DNA of 62,240 nt from a virus (IMGVR_UViG_3300021225_000301:1-62240); one strand, 5' to 3'. Positions 52,978 to 61,789 are shown, counted from the first letter of the stretch. The notes: generated by a model not told the origin, from the sequence alone. Translations and numbers: made by a program.

Positions 52978-53928
52978 TTACTCGTCGTCCCAGTCGGCGA
53001 CGATGTCAGCCAGCTTGCCCTTCTTGGCAGGCACAGCCTCGGCCTTGGGTGCGGGCTTGCGCACTTCCGGCTCCTCGTCCTCAGACACCGCCGGGGCGGC
53101 TTTCTTCTTGGGCTTGGGCGCTTCTTCCTCTTCAGCCTCCACCGCTGCGCCGGGGCGCTTGCCTTCCAGCATCATGGGGGCGGGCTTGGTCACGCCATCG
53201 GCGGCAGCCGGGGTCATCAGTACGGCACGCTGTGCCTCCACACTCTGCGCCTTCTCCTGCACCGTCCCGTACTCGCCTTCCGTCAGCCAGCGCTGCGGGG
53301 CAAACACCAGCTTGGGGGACTCAGCCGTAGTGTCAAACTTCATGCGCGTGACAACCATGTCGAGGTTGACCGGGGGAGTCTGCGTTGCCGCCCACCGTGC
53401 GTATGCTTGCAGCGGCAGCTTGTCGCCTTCACCCTTGCCGAAGATTGAAGTTGCGGGCAGTGTGACCTGCAGCACGTCGCCTTCAGGGTTGTTAGCCAGC
53501 ACCACAGCCAGACGCTGTTGGTAGCGGCAGGCGCGGGAGTTACCGTTGCCAGAGCCTGCGATGTTCTGGGGGCACTTGGCGCAGGTCGATGCCTGCGGTG
53601 CCTTGATGGACTTGTCGGGGGTCTCGCCGTCGTTGCTCCAGCAATCCGGGGCCACAGCCGCTGCATCCTTGTCGTACTTACCTGCGTAGAAGATGCGGCT
53701 GACCTTGGGTGCAGCTTTCACAACGATCACGTCGAGGTGACGATCTTCGATGTTAGCGATCTCTTTGCCGCCAGCGACCAGACGGAACACGCCACCTTTG
53801 ATGGAGACGCGCTTGACGCCGGGGCCAGTGGCCGGCCCGCCAGCCAGAGCCAGCGTGGTTTCAGACAGTTCTGCGTTGGCTACGAACGCGGGTGCTTTTG
53901 CGGAATTGAATACAGTGATATTGCTCAT
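52978..53928 (-). CDS. Probable single-stranded DNA-binding protein
   Basis: RVSIKGGVFR, PDCWS.DG, C..CPQN..GS, RACR; acidic C-terminal tail DWDDE. Confidence 0.7.
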   Translation of the reverse strand: MSNITVFNSAKAPAFVANAELSETTLALAGGPATGPGVKRVSIKGGVFRLVAGGKEIANIEDRHLDVIVVKAAPKVSRIFYAGKYDKDAAAVAPDCWSNDGETPDKSIKAPQASTCAKCPQNIAGSGNGNSRACRYQQRLAVVLANNPEGDVLQVTLPATSIFGKGEGDKLPLQAYARWAATQTPPVNLDMVVTRMKFDTTAESPKLVFAPQRWLTEGEYGTVQEKAQSVEAQRAVLMTPAAADGVTKPAPMMLEGKRPGAAVEAEEEEAPKPKKKAAPAVSEDEEPEVRKPAPKAEAVPAKKGKLADIVADWDDE

Positions 53929-53937
53929 GATGTGCTT

Positions 53938-54351
53938 TCAGTTGGTAGGTTTGCGTACCGAGATGTCGTACTCCGCATGGGAGTTCAACCCGGGCGGTAC
54001 GAGTCCCGGATTCTCTTCGAGAAATTGGTTCATGTTGGACTGCGCGATGCGCTTCTCCAGCAAGTCCACTGCGTCATGCTCGACCACGAACTTCTTGAAG
54101 GAGTCCCAGTCTTGCGTGCTGTAACGGGTCTTGATGGACAGCACCACGGTGCCCTGCGCGGTGCGCACTGATGTGACGCCCATCGTCTTCATCATGTCCT
54201 TCATCGCGTTCTTGATCTCCTCCTGCTGCGCCTTCAGAGCCTCGACCTTGCCGTCGTACTCCTGTGTCAGCGTGGTGATCTCAGTGCGAATCTTGCGGTA
54301 AATCTTCGCGAGCCGATCCAGTGGGATCGTTTCACTCTCAGTCTCTGTCAT
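53938..54351 (-). CDS. Conserved replication-region coiled-coil protein
   Basis: Y.KIR, SVRT..GT, DWDSF..FV, LLEKRI, PPGL. Confidence 0.75.
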   Translation of the reverse strand: MTETESETIPLDRLAKIYRKIRTEITTLTQEYDGKVEALKAQQEEIKNAMKDMMKTMGVTSVRTAQGTVVLSIKTRYSTQDWDSFKKFVVEHDAVDLLEKRIAQSNMNQFLEENPGLVPPGLNSHAEYDISVRKPTN

Positions 54352-54369
54352 TTGCTTCTCCGTGTTATT

Positions 54370-54412
54370 TGTCTAGGGTTGGACAGTGTACATGTTTTTG
54401 CTGGGTGCGCAA
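54370..54412 (-). promoter_or_regulatory. Sigma70-like promoter with palindromic operator at the start site
   Basis: TTGCGC-16-TACACT (54412-54385); TGTCTA-N4-TGGACA at 54370-54385. Confidence 0.55.
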
Positions 54413-54417
54413 CTCCT

Positions 54418-55974
54418 TTATTCGCTGATCACGCTGTTGAACATGTCAGTCAGTAAAGAGTTGTCGTCCACTTTCTGACTGAGCGCTTTGAACATCCGCT
54501 TCTCCACCGGGCTGGACTGGATGTGCACCACGGTGACCTTGTCGCTGGTCTGGCCCTTACGGTCGGCCCGGGCGCAGCACTGGATGTACTGCTCCACGCT
54601 CATCAGTGGGCCGTAGAACACGACGGTGTCAGCAGCGGTTAGGGTAATCCCGTGCGCCGAGGCTTGGGGCTGCATCACCAGCACGCGCGGCTCCGGTTCG
54701 TTTTGGAACCTGTGGATGATCTGCGCCCGCTTGGACGCTGTCACCCCGCCGTGAATCTGCTCGTTGGCTATGCCCTTTTTCGTAAGGTGATTGCTGATGG
54801 TCTCAATGATGCTCAGGTACAGCGCAAAGATGATCACCTTTCGGTTCGTCTCTTCCAGCACTTCCTCCAGTACCGACAGGCGGGGCGCGGCGTCGAACTC
54901 CACCACCTCACGGTCGTCTGTGTATGCTGCACCGCAAGAAATTTGCAGCAGCTTGTTCATCGCAGCAGCGGCATTGACCGCCGTGATGGTTTCCCCTGCC
55001 GCCTGCACCAGCATCTGCGTCTTGAGCATGTTGTAGTACTTGGCCTGCTGGGGCGTCATCTCCACGTCCCGAGCCATCGTAACAACCGGCGGCAGGTCGA
55101 GACACTGCGCCTTGGTGAAGCGGATCGCAGGCTGGAGCGCCTCGAACACTTCCTCTTTGGCGGTGGCTTTGGGTGCCCACTTGTACATGGTGATCTTGTT
55201 CATCACCTTGTCGCGCCACGCCGTGAAGAATTTCGGCACGCCGTCCGGGTTCACCAGCTTGGCAAGGCCATACGCATCCACGGGAGACTGCGACGCAGGT
55301 GTGCCGGTCATCATCCACAGGTAGGTCTGCGTGGTGAGGATGGAGTTGAGCGCCTTCCAGCGCCGGGTCGTGTTGGTCTTGTAGGCGTTGGCTTCATCGA
55401 CGATCACGAGATCGAACCTACCGTCGGCCTTCACCTCGTCGGCGATCAGGGCTAGTCCCTCGTAGTTGGTGATGACGATCTCGTAGTCCTGCTGGATCAT
55501 CTCGATGCGCCGTGCAGCTTTCGGATGGTGGGCGATGATGGCGCTGCGGTGCAGGACGCTGTTGTTGATGTCCCCCATCCATGCGCTGTGCATGATCGAC
55601 AGAGGGCACAGGATCAGCACGCGCCGCACCTTGCCCAGCTTCATCAGGTAGTCAGCGGCCCACAGGGCCGAGAGAGTTTTGCCCGTGCCGGGTTCGCTGA
55701 ACACGAACGCCCTGCGATGCATGGTCAGGAAGGCAGCCGTGTCGATCTGGTGCTGCATGGGCTTATAGCGCCCGGGCCAGTCGTAGCGTTGGGTGATGGG
55801 GGAGGGGACGTTCTTCACGCCCAGATTGCGCAGTACCCGCGCCTCGTCCAGCCCCCAGTACACAGCCACCTGATAGCCGCCATCGACAGGGATGACTTTG
55901 TGTTTGGGGATGATGCTGTACTTGGCCGGGTTGCGCGTCTTAAACAGCAGCGCTTTGTTGTCTACGATCTGCAC
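54418..55974 (-). CDS. SNF2-family (SF2) helicase
   Basis: EPGTGKT, IVDEA, MTGTP, HGITLT, Q...RADRKGQ. Confidence 0.92.
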   Translation of the reverse strand: MQIVDNKALLFKTRNPAKYSIIPKHKVIPVDGGYQVAVYWGLDEARVLRNLGVKNVPSPITQRYDWPGRYKPMQHQIDTAAFLTMHRRAFVFSEPGTGKTLSALWAADYLMKLGKVRRVLILCPLSIMHSAWMGDINNSVLHRSAIIAHHPKAARRIEMIQQDYEIVITNYEGLALIADEVKADGRFDLVIVDEANAYKTNTTRRWKALNSILTTQTYLWMMTGTPASQSPVDAYGLAKLVNPDGVPKFFTAWRDKVMNKITMYKWAPKATAKEEVFEALQPAIRFTKAQCLDLPPVVTMARDVEMTPQQAKYYNMLKTQMLVQAAGETITAVNAAAAMNKLLQISCGAAYTDDREVVEFDAAPRLSVLEEVLEETNRKVIIFALYLSIIETISNHLTKKGIANEQIHGGVTASKRAQIIHRFQNEPEPRVLVMQPQASAHGITLTAADTVVFYGPLMSVEQYIQCCARADRKGQTSDKVTVVHIQSSPVEKRMFKALSQKVDDNSLLTDMFNSVISE

Positions 55975-55988
55975 CTGCTTCTCCAGTT

Positions 55989-56225
55989 TTATTTGTTGTC
56001 GCCTTGATTGGCACTCTTACTTCGCAGCCGCAGATTGCCCGGGGTCGTCTTGCCGCCCTTGCGTAGCGGCGTCTTGTGGTCGATGTCCTTGCCCGCCCGG
56101 TCGATGCCCTTCTTGTCGTAGAGCCGGCGGGCCTTCTGCCGTTCGAGCTGGTCTTGGGTTTCGCCGGAAGCCTTCTGCAGTTTGTAGGCGTGCTTGTAGT
56201 CACGCTTGCCGTTGGTCTGGGTCAT
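55989..56225 (-). CDS. Small HNH-like protein
   Basis: GKDIDHKTPLRKGG...NLR......NQG. Confidence 0.7.
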   Translation of the reverse strand: MTQTNGKRDYKHAYKLQKASGETQDQLERQKARRLYDKKGIDRAGKDIDHKTPLRKGGKTTPGNLRLRSKSANQGDNK

Positions 56226-56232
56226 GATGTCC

Positions 56233-56898
56233 TCAGTGCTTGGGGTTGAACTCGCAGCCGGTCACTTGGCACCAGCCGCACAGGGGGGTCGGAGTTGGGT
56301 TCCACACGTCATTGGAGAAGCACGCCTCAAGCCGCGCCGTGCGCTCACGGTACTTCCACCAGTGATCATCCTTCTGGTCACGCGTCATGGACATCTTGAC
56401 CATGTCGTTCTTCACGATAAACAGCAGGGCGCTGTTCACTTTGCGGATATGAGGGAAGTGCTCGAAGACCATGAGCGACATGAGCACAAGCTGATCCCTG
56501 TCGGGGTACTTGTTGTTACCGGTCTTCCAATCGCCCACCCACGCTGTGAGGTTCTCGTCGTCGAGGATTAGGATGTCGGCGATGCCGCGCACCCACACGT
56601 CGGGTGACTTCCACTCGCAGGGCTTGAGGTCAACGGTCAGCGCCATCTCATACTCAGCCAGCTTGCGCCCGGGTTTGCCCAGCATGGCGTCCGCCACATC
56701 CTTGAACTGCGCGTACTGCGCAGGAATCTCCTTGCCGTCCCGGATGTACAGCTCTAACGCCTCATGCACTTGGTTGCCGTAGCGCGTGGCCTCAGTCTCT
56801 TGGAAGGGGTACTTCTTCAAGACCTTGACCTCGTGGTATCTGCGGGCGCAACCCTCGAAGTCTTTGAGGGAGCTGTGGCTCCATGCTGGTTTTTTCAT
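56233..56898 (-). CDS. PD-(D/E)XK (Cas4-like) exonuclease
   Basis: WSHSSL..FEGC, G..VH..LE, RGIAD, DWKTG, QL, LCGWC...C. Confidence 0.88.
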   Translation of the reverse strand: MKKPAWSHSSLKDFEGCARRYHEVKVLKKYPFQETEATRYGNQVHEALELYIRDGKEIPAQYAQFKDVADAMLGKPGRKLAEYEMALTVDLKPCEWKSPDVWVRGIADILILDDENLTAWVGDWKTGNNKYPDRDQLVLMSLMVFEHFPHIRKVNSALLFIVKNDMVKMSMTRDQKDDHWWKYRERTARLEACFSNDVWNPTPTPLCGWCQVTGCEFNPKH

Positions 56899-57089
56899 TT
56901 ATCAAACCTTTTCTTTGCTAACTCAGGGTACTCCAACAAAAACTCCGCAAACTGCTGGAACTCTTCCTTTGGCACCAGCTTAAACTTTGTTTGGCCGTCT
57001 TTGTGCATGGCAATGAAAATGCTGACCCCGTTGACGATAGCGTCGCGCATGAACGCTTCTTCAACATCTTCCCAAAACTGTTCATTCAT
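56895..57089 (-). CDS. Hypothetical protein
   Basis: 64-aa ORF with ATGA coupling on both sides. Confidence 0.6.
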   Translation of the reverse strand: MNEQFWEDVEEAFMRDAIVNGVSIFIAMHKDGQTKFKLVPKEEFQQFAEFLLEYPELAKKRFDK

Positions 57090-57388
57090 TTGAACTTCGC
57101 TGTGTTGATTGCCTTGGACAGGCGGTTGGCGAACCGGGTCACGAACTTCTCGTTGTTGTACAGGCTGCTGCCCATGTCATAGAGGATCGCGTGTGTCAGC
57201 TCGTGCCAGAACGTGTCACTGACTTCTTCTTTGGAAAACGGCTTGTCGGTGACGTTGCACTTCTTGGCAACTTCGATCTCGCCCGTACCGTAGTACACGT
57301 ACCCCATCTGCGCCTTGCGCTGCATGGTCTCGACGATCTCGACCGAGTACCAGCGGTCTCCTACTTTCACTTTCTTTGGCAAGTCCAT
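57086..57388 (-). CDS. Small HExxH metallopeptidase-like protein
   Basis: TFWHELTHAIL...NEKFV. Confidence 0.75.
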   Translation of the reverse strand: MDLPKKVKVGDRWYSVEIVETMQRKAQMGYVYYGTGEIEVAKKCNVTDKPFSKEEVSDTFWHELTHAILYDMGSSLYNNEKFVTRFANRLSKAINTAKFK

Positions 57389-57403
57389 CTGCTTCTCCTT
57401 GGG

Positions 57404-57583
57404 TTATTTGTTTTGCATGAGCCGAAGAGTTTGAACAAGAAGCCGCGACTCAGTCACAAGCTCCAGCGCTCTCTCCTCCGCCTCTGACAGCGTGCGGTGC
57501 AGACATGCGTCGTGCACCTCCTTGGCCAGCCGCTCGATGTTCATAAGCGGCGTGGCGTAATCAATCAGTACGTCTTCTTTCAT
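57404..57583 (-). CDS. Small hypothetical protein, 59 aa (IDYATPLMNIE)
   Basis: Manual translation; TGATG coupling to polA. Confidence 0.6.
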   Translation of the reverse strand: MKEDVLIDYATPLMNIERLAKEVHDACLHRTLSEAEERALELVTESRLLVQTLRLMQNK

Positions 57584-59550
57584 CAGTTCTTCGCCAGTCC
57601 ATATCGACGGTGCACACCACCGTCAGCGTCCAAGGGTAGCCCCGGCAAGTAGCTCGGCTCCATGGTCATCTGCGCGAGGACCCAAGTCTTCGCGTCAGCT
57701 ACCTCTTCATCGGGCACGACAGCAATCAGCTCGTCATGCACCGTTCCCACCACGGGGTAACGTTTGTTCACCCGCAGCATCCCGTCTGTCATCACAATCC
57801 GCGCAGTGCCCTGCACCACGTTGTTCGTGATCTTTCCACCGTACAGGGGCGTGGCCTCCGGCCCATACACCCACCGCTTGCCACCCTTTTCATCCTTCTC
57901 TTGACGCAGATTGGGATACAGGATGCGCATGCCGTTTGGCAATACGATCTCCTCCTTTCGGAAGGTGAGACATTTATACACGATCTCTTCGCCCCCGGCA
58001 AGACACCGCACCAGCAGCTCCTCCATCATGCTCCAAAACGTCTTCACTGGCCATGCTGCAGCGCGGTATTTGTCGATGATGGCCTTGGCCGTGAGGCAGT
58101 GGATGAGCAGTTCCTGCTCAGTGCAGATGTGGGGAATCTCCTGCATGCGCTTGACGTACTCCTCGTTCTGCACGAATGCCGCAATGCCCTCGCCCGTGAC
58201 CCCCAGCTTCTTGGCGTCGGCCTTGCTGTAGCGCAGCGGTGGTGCCCCGAGGAAGCCCACCAGAAGCTGCTGCGCAAAGCTCGCCCACCCCAGCCCATAG
58301 CCAGCTCCCAGCAGCGCGCTCTTGGCGGACTGTCGCTCGATGGGGTGCGTGTCCTTGGTCATGCCGGGGATGTTGAACATCTGCGCCCCGAACTGGGCGT
58401 ACGGGTCACCCTTGGCCCGGAAGATGTCCAGCAGTTCCTCGTAGTCAGCCAGCCACGCCAGCACGCGCGGCTCGATCTGGGACAGGTCACCCACCGCCAA
58501 CTGGTAGCCCTCGGGAGCCATGATGGCCTTGCGCAGGAAGCTGCCGCGCTTTAAGTTCTGCATGTTGATGGCCGACCCCTTGCTGGCTGTCCACCGCCCG
58601 GTCGATGCCCCGTAGTAGGACAGGGGCACGGGCAGCGCCCCTCGATGGGAGATGTCTAGGAAGCGCTGCGCCCGCGTGCGCTCCGTCGTTGATTTAACTT
58701 TGAGTCGCGCTTCACAGAGCGCTGCAACTTCCTCATTCCCACCATTGAGGAGTGCTTGGAAGAGCGCATCGTTCTTGGCAAGCGCGAGCGTACGCTTACC
58801 AGTCGTCTTGCTAATCTTCGTAGGCGGCTCGACTCCAAGCGCTTCGAGCGCTTTCGCAAACTGCGGGTTCGACGCCAGAACAGTTTCATCCAAGCCGAGC
58901 CTGTGTAGTAGACCTTCACGTGTTTCCTTCTCTGACTCGATTGCGTCGAGCAGCATGTTCTTATCAAGCTCAAGCACCGGGCGGGTGTACATCTTGAGCG
59001 TCATGTCGATCAGTCGGAGTTCCTTGGATGGATAGCCGTCGCTCAGTCGTTGGAAGATTTCTTCGCAGAGGAAGACATCGTGAGCGCAGTAAGCCGCAAG
59101 TTCTCTTTCAATTTGTTCTGGGAGTACCGCAAGTCCGTCCGTCGAATGAACGGCTTTTCCCTTGTCAGGGAGTCCAAAATCCAGCGCCAGTTTGGCAAGG
59201 GAGTTGCCCACTTCCACGCCTCGTAAAGCTCTTGCCATCGATAGGGTGTCGAAGATGAAGACGGGGTGCCATTCATATACCCAATCAAGAATTGAACAAT
59301 CAAATTGAGCGTTATGGAAAAGTACGGCTGTTTCTTTTGGGTCAATACCGGCAAGGAACGCGGCCATGTCATCGCCGCGCACCCACTGGGCAGGGGCCTC
59401 ATCCCCCAACCATTTCCAGCAAGCGCCAAAAACTTTGAATCTTTTGTCCCGTATATATTCTTCAGTGGTCAATTTCGACAAAGTAAAATCTTTGCTGCTC
59501 CAAAAAGTTTCAAAGTCTCCAACCAATATGCGTTTGTAGGGTTTGCTCAC
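57583..59550 (-). CDS. polA: Family A DNA polymerase with 3'-5' exonuclease
   Basis: Exo motifs DFET, HNAQFD, YCAHD; motif A DLSQIEPR, motif B RQSAKSALLGAGYG, motif C VHDE. Confidence 0.95.
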   Translation of the reverse strand: MSKPYKRILVGDFETFWSSKDFTLSKLTTEEYIRDKRFKVFGACWKWLGDEAPAQWVRGDDMAAFLAGIDPKETAVLFHNAQFDCSILDWVYEWHPVFIFDTLSMARALRGVEVGNSLAKLALDFGLPDKGKAVHSTDGLAVLPEQIERELAAYCAHDVFLCEEIFQRLSDGYPSKELRLIDMTLKMYTRPVLELDKNMLLDAIESEKETREGLLHRLGLDETVLASNPQFAKALEALGVEPPTKISKTTGKRTLALAKNDALFQALLNGGNEEVAALCEARLKVKSTTERTRAQRFLDISHRGALPVPLSYYGASTGRWTASKGSAINMQNLKRGSFLRKAIMAPEGYQLAVGDLSQIEPRVLAWLADYEELLDIFRAKGDPYAQFGAQMFNIPGMTKDTHPIERQSAKSALLGAGYGLGWASFAQQLLVGFLGAPPLRYSKADAKKLGVTGEGIAAFVQNEEYVKRMQEIPHICTEQELLIHCLTAKAIIDKYRAAAWPVKTFWSMMEELLVRCLAGGEEIVYKCLTFRKEEIVLPNGMRILYPNLRQEKDEKGGKRWVYGPEATPLYGGKITNNVVQGTARIVMTDGMLRVNKRYPVVGTVHDELIAVVPDEEVADAKTWVLAQMTMEPSYLPGLPLDADGGVHRRYGLAKN

Positions 59551-60011
59551 TTGTGCTTCCTGAGTAGTACGGAGATGGCAACGTCACTGACATTAAACAG
59601 GTATCCTATATCTCGCTGTGTAAGTCCTGAACGGTACATGTCTTGTACCGTCGGCACGCTTTGCGTTGAGATGCAAAGTTGTGGGTGGTTACCTGATGCA
59701 CGCGTCGGAGGCACCTGCCTGCCTTTGCGCACCATGTCTCGGCAGTTGTCTGCTTGCGTTCCAAGAAAGAGATGGTCTGGCTTGACGCACAGAGGGTTAT
59801 CGCATTTGTGCAGTACAAACATGCCGCACGGCACCGCACCCTTGTGTATGTGCCACGACAAGCGATGTGCTTGCCAGTCAACACCCGAAACCTTCACGGT
59901 TCCGTGCCAACCTTTGCGTTTACTGTAGCCCGCCCAGTTCCAGCAGCCGTGCGTCTTGCGCACTTTTGCCCAGAAAAAAGACAAGTCGGCTAACGTGTTT
60001 TGTTTTGGCAT
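59547..60011 (-). CDS. Free-standing HNH homing endonuclease
   Basis: FWAKV, CWNW.G, AHRLSW, VLHKCDNPLCVKPDHLFLGTQADN..D; C-terminal HTH. Confidence 0.88.
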   Translation of the reverse strand: MPKQNTLADLSFFWAKVRKTHGCWNWAGYSKRKGWHGTVKVSGVDWQAHRLSWHIHKGAVPCGMFVLHKCDNPLCVKPDHLFLGTQADNCRDMVRKGRQVPPTRASGNHPQLCISTQSVPTVQDMYRSGLTQRDIGYLFNVSDVAISVLLRKHK

Positions 60012-60108
60012 AGCTGTCCTTGCTACGAAGATGTCCATGAAAAGTGTGGCAAGCAACGTGGACGCGCTGCGGTTCGGGAGCTACCCTAGCCACGCAATCA
60101 GTATATCA
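60012..60108 (-). promoter_or_regulatory. Extended -10 promoter and structured 5' leader of the HNH gene
   Basis: TGaTATACT at 60108-60100; multi-stem leader beginning GTGGCTAGGGTAGCTCCCGAA. Confidence 0.6.
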
Positions 60109-60384
60109 ATTAAATAGCTCCTTGGGTGGCGCGTCCGACACGACGGACTCTTGAACGTGCTCGTTCACCGCGCCCAGCAGTTTGGCTGCATCCATCTCGT
60201 TGGTGTTCACGGCCATCACCTTGAAGCGCTCGTACGGTTCTTTGCCGATCATCACCATGCCGTGCAGGTCGTCGTCCAGATAGCACTGGAGCAGCTCAGA
60301 GATGACGATGCGCAGGTGTTCGCGCTGGTCTTCCGACATCTTGCTGAGCGCTGCATCCATTTCTTCCGCGCTTTTTATAAACAT
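60106..60384 (-). CDS. Hypothetical protein
   Basis: 92-aa ORF in the operon. Confidence 0.7.
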   Translation of the reverse strand: MFIKSAEEMDAALSKMSEDQREHLRIVISELLQCYLDDDLHGMVMIGKEPYERFKVMAVNTNEMDAAKLLGAVNEHVQESVVSDAPPKELFN

Positions 60385-60665
60385 AGCAGTCTCTCTTTCA
60401 GAGTTTTCAAATTGTCCTCCCGTGCCACGAACACGAACCCACCAGCGGCACAGATCGCGTCAAGCTCTCGGTCTTGCAGCGCCGTGGTCTTGCCCTGGCC
60501 GGCCTTGCACTCGATGGCCACGAACTTGCCGTTAAAACAGGCGATGATGTCCGGCACACCCGCACGTCCCATACCCGCCATGAACGGCGAGAAGTGATAG
60601 ATGCGCAGGTCGTCCAAAATTTTCTTGACCCCCAGCTTGACCTTGCCTTCAGGAGTAATCGCCAC
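60375..60665 (-). CDS. VRR-NUC domain nuclease (resolvase-like)
   Basis: TPEGKVK, GVPDII, FVAIECKA, TALQ. Confidence 0.88.
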   Translation of the reverse strand: MAITPEGKVKLGVKKILDDLRIYHFSPFMAGMGRAGVPDIIACFNGKFVAIECKAGQGKTTALQDRELDAICAAGGFVFVAREDNLKTLKERLLCL

Positions 60666-60918
60666 GCTCGACCTCCTGCAGTTTTTGCATGTAATGCCGG
60701 GCCTTGCCAGCGTCGTCGCTGCCGTCCTTGCGTCCAGCACGCAGGCTGTACTTGATGATGTTGCCCTTGAGAAAGCCCACGAACTCGTCGTGCGTGAGCA
60801 CCGCCTGCATCACATGCCACGGCTGGATGGGCATGTCTTTGTAATGGTTGCCGCTGACCTGCAGGTCATCAGCGCTGGTGCCGTTCAGGCCCTTCATCAG
60901 ATCGTTCATTCCGTTCAT
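60649..60918 (-). CDS. DUF3310 (SaV-like) protein
   Basis: QVSGNHY, IQPW, GFLKGNIIKY..RAG.K, D..KA.HY. Confidence 0.85.
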   Translation of the reverse strand: MNGMNDLMKGLNGTSADDLQVSGNHYKDMPIQPWHVMQAVLTHDEFVGFLKGNIIKYSLRAGRKDGSDDAGKARHYMQKLQEVERGDYS

Positions 60919-60936
60919 AGTAGTGCGTCCTCGATG

Positions 60937-61188
60937 TCACTTGGGTTGTTTTGTTTTTGGCTTTGCTTTCGGTGCAGGTAGTTCAGCACCTGCGCGTCTG
61001 CTCTTTGGAATGGCCACCACTGGCCGCTTTGGAGCGCGCTTAGCTCCGACTGCTGCGATGGACTCCACCGTGGTGAACCTGTGCGTGTCGGTGCTGTCGC
61101 ACTCCCGGCGGCGGTAGCTGGTGTTCGTGTACTCATTGTGTCTGGTCTCCAAAATCACGGAGGGTTTTCCACATACAGGGCACTTCAT
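60937..61188 (-). CDS. NrdR-like Zn-ribbon protein
   Basis: MKCPVCG...ILETR...RRREC....HRFTTVE. Confidence 0.75.
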   Translation of the reverse strand: MKCPVCGKPSVILETRHNEYTNTSYRRRECDSTDTHRFTTVESIAAVGAKRAPKRPVVAIPKSRRAGAELPAPKAKPKTKQPK

Positions 61189-61448
61189 AGCTTCAGTCCT
61201 GCCCGTGTGTACACGGTGAACTGCTTGACGCTGATGATGCGCTCGGCGTGGGTCTTGGCCGACAGGCCGGCGATGTGACTGATGTCCCTGCCCTTCTCGC
61301 GTTCACGCTCGACCACCATCGTCTGGTTGTGCGACAGCGTTGCGGCTGCAGCTTTGAAGTTGTTGTCGAGGGCGAAGAGAGAAGGGCGCGGGTTGTCACG
61401 CCAGTGAAACGGGCTGTCTGGGGGGCACTTGCATTTGCGTTTGGTCAT
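61185..61448 (-). CDS. Hypothetical protein
   Basis: 87-aa ORF with ATGA coupling on both sides. Confidence 0.65.
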   Translation of the reverse strand: MTKRKCKCPPDSPFHWRDNPRPSLFALDNNFKAAAATLSHNQTMVVEREREKGRDISHIAGLSAKTHAERIISVKQFTVYTRAGLKL

Positions 61449-61789
61449 TTCTTCTTTCTGTTCCTGTAGGCCACGATCTTGTTGTTGCGGGCGATGGTGC
61501 TGATCATGTTGTCGCTCAGCCCAAACTCAGCGGCAACGACCGCGTGTTTGTGACCCTGCTCCAGCAGTTTGATGATCTTCTCGTTCCTGCGTGTCAGCGC
61601 CACGCGTTTGGTGATTGCTTGGGCGTGCGGCTTCATGTACTTACGGATGGTCTTGGCGCAGCCATCATCCATCTCATAGGTCGAGAAGCGGTGCCCGCAG
61701 TGACCACACTCACGCCGTCTCTTGAGCATGTGATCCACCATGCGCGTGTCCAGCACAGCGGTGTCCCTGCCGCATCGCACACACTTCAC
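61445..61789 (-). CDS. NrdR-like Zn ribbon fused to an HTH
   Basis: CVRCG..TAVLDTR...RRRECGHCGHRFSTYE; RNEKII...VAAEFGLS...ISTI. Confidence 0.78.
   Translation of the reverse strand: MKCVRCGRDTAVLDTRMVDHMLKRRRECGHCGHRFSTYEMDDGCAKTIRKYMKPHAQAITKRVALTRRNEKIIKLLEQGHKHAVVAAEFGLSDNMISTIARNNKIVAYRNRKKK

Noticed and set aside
56233-56898. Cas4-like nuclease as evidence of a CRISPR system
   Set aside because: Stand-alone PD-(D/E)XK nucleases are routine in phage replication modules, and there is no array.
13196-58554. Long antisense ORFs (e.g. 13196-14689, 17414-19234, 39778-41085, 45756-47306, 47601-49469)
   Set aside because: Shadows of GC-rich, codon-biased genes on the opposite strand, with no motifs or RBS.
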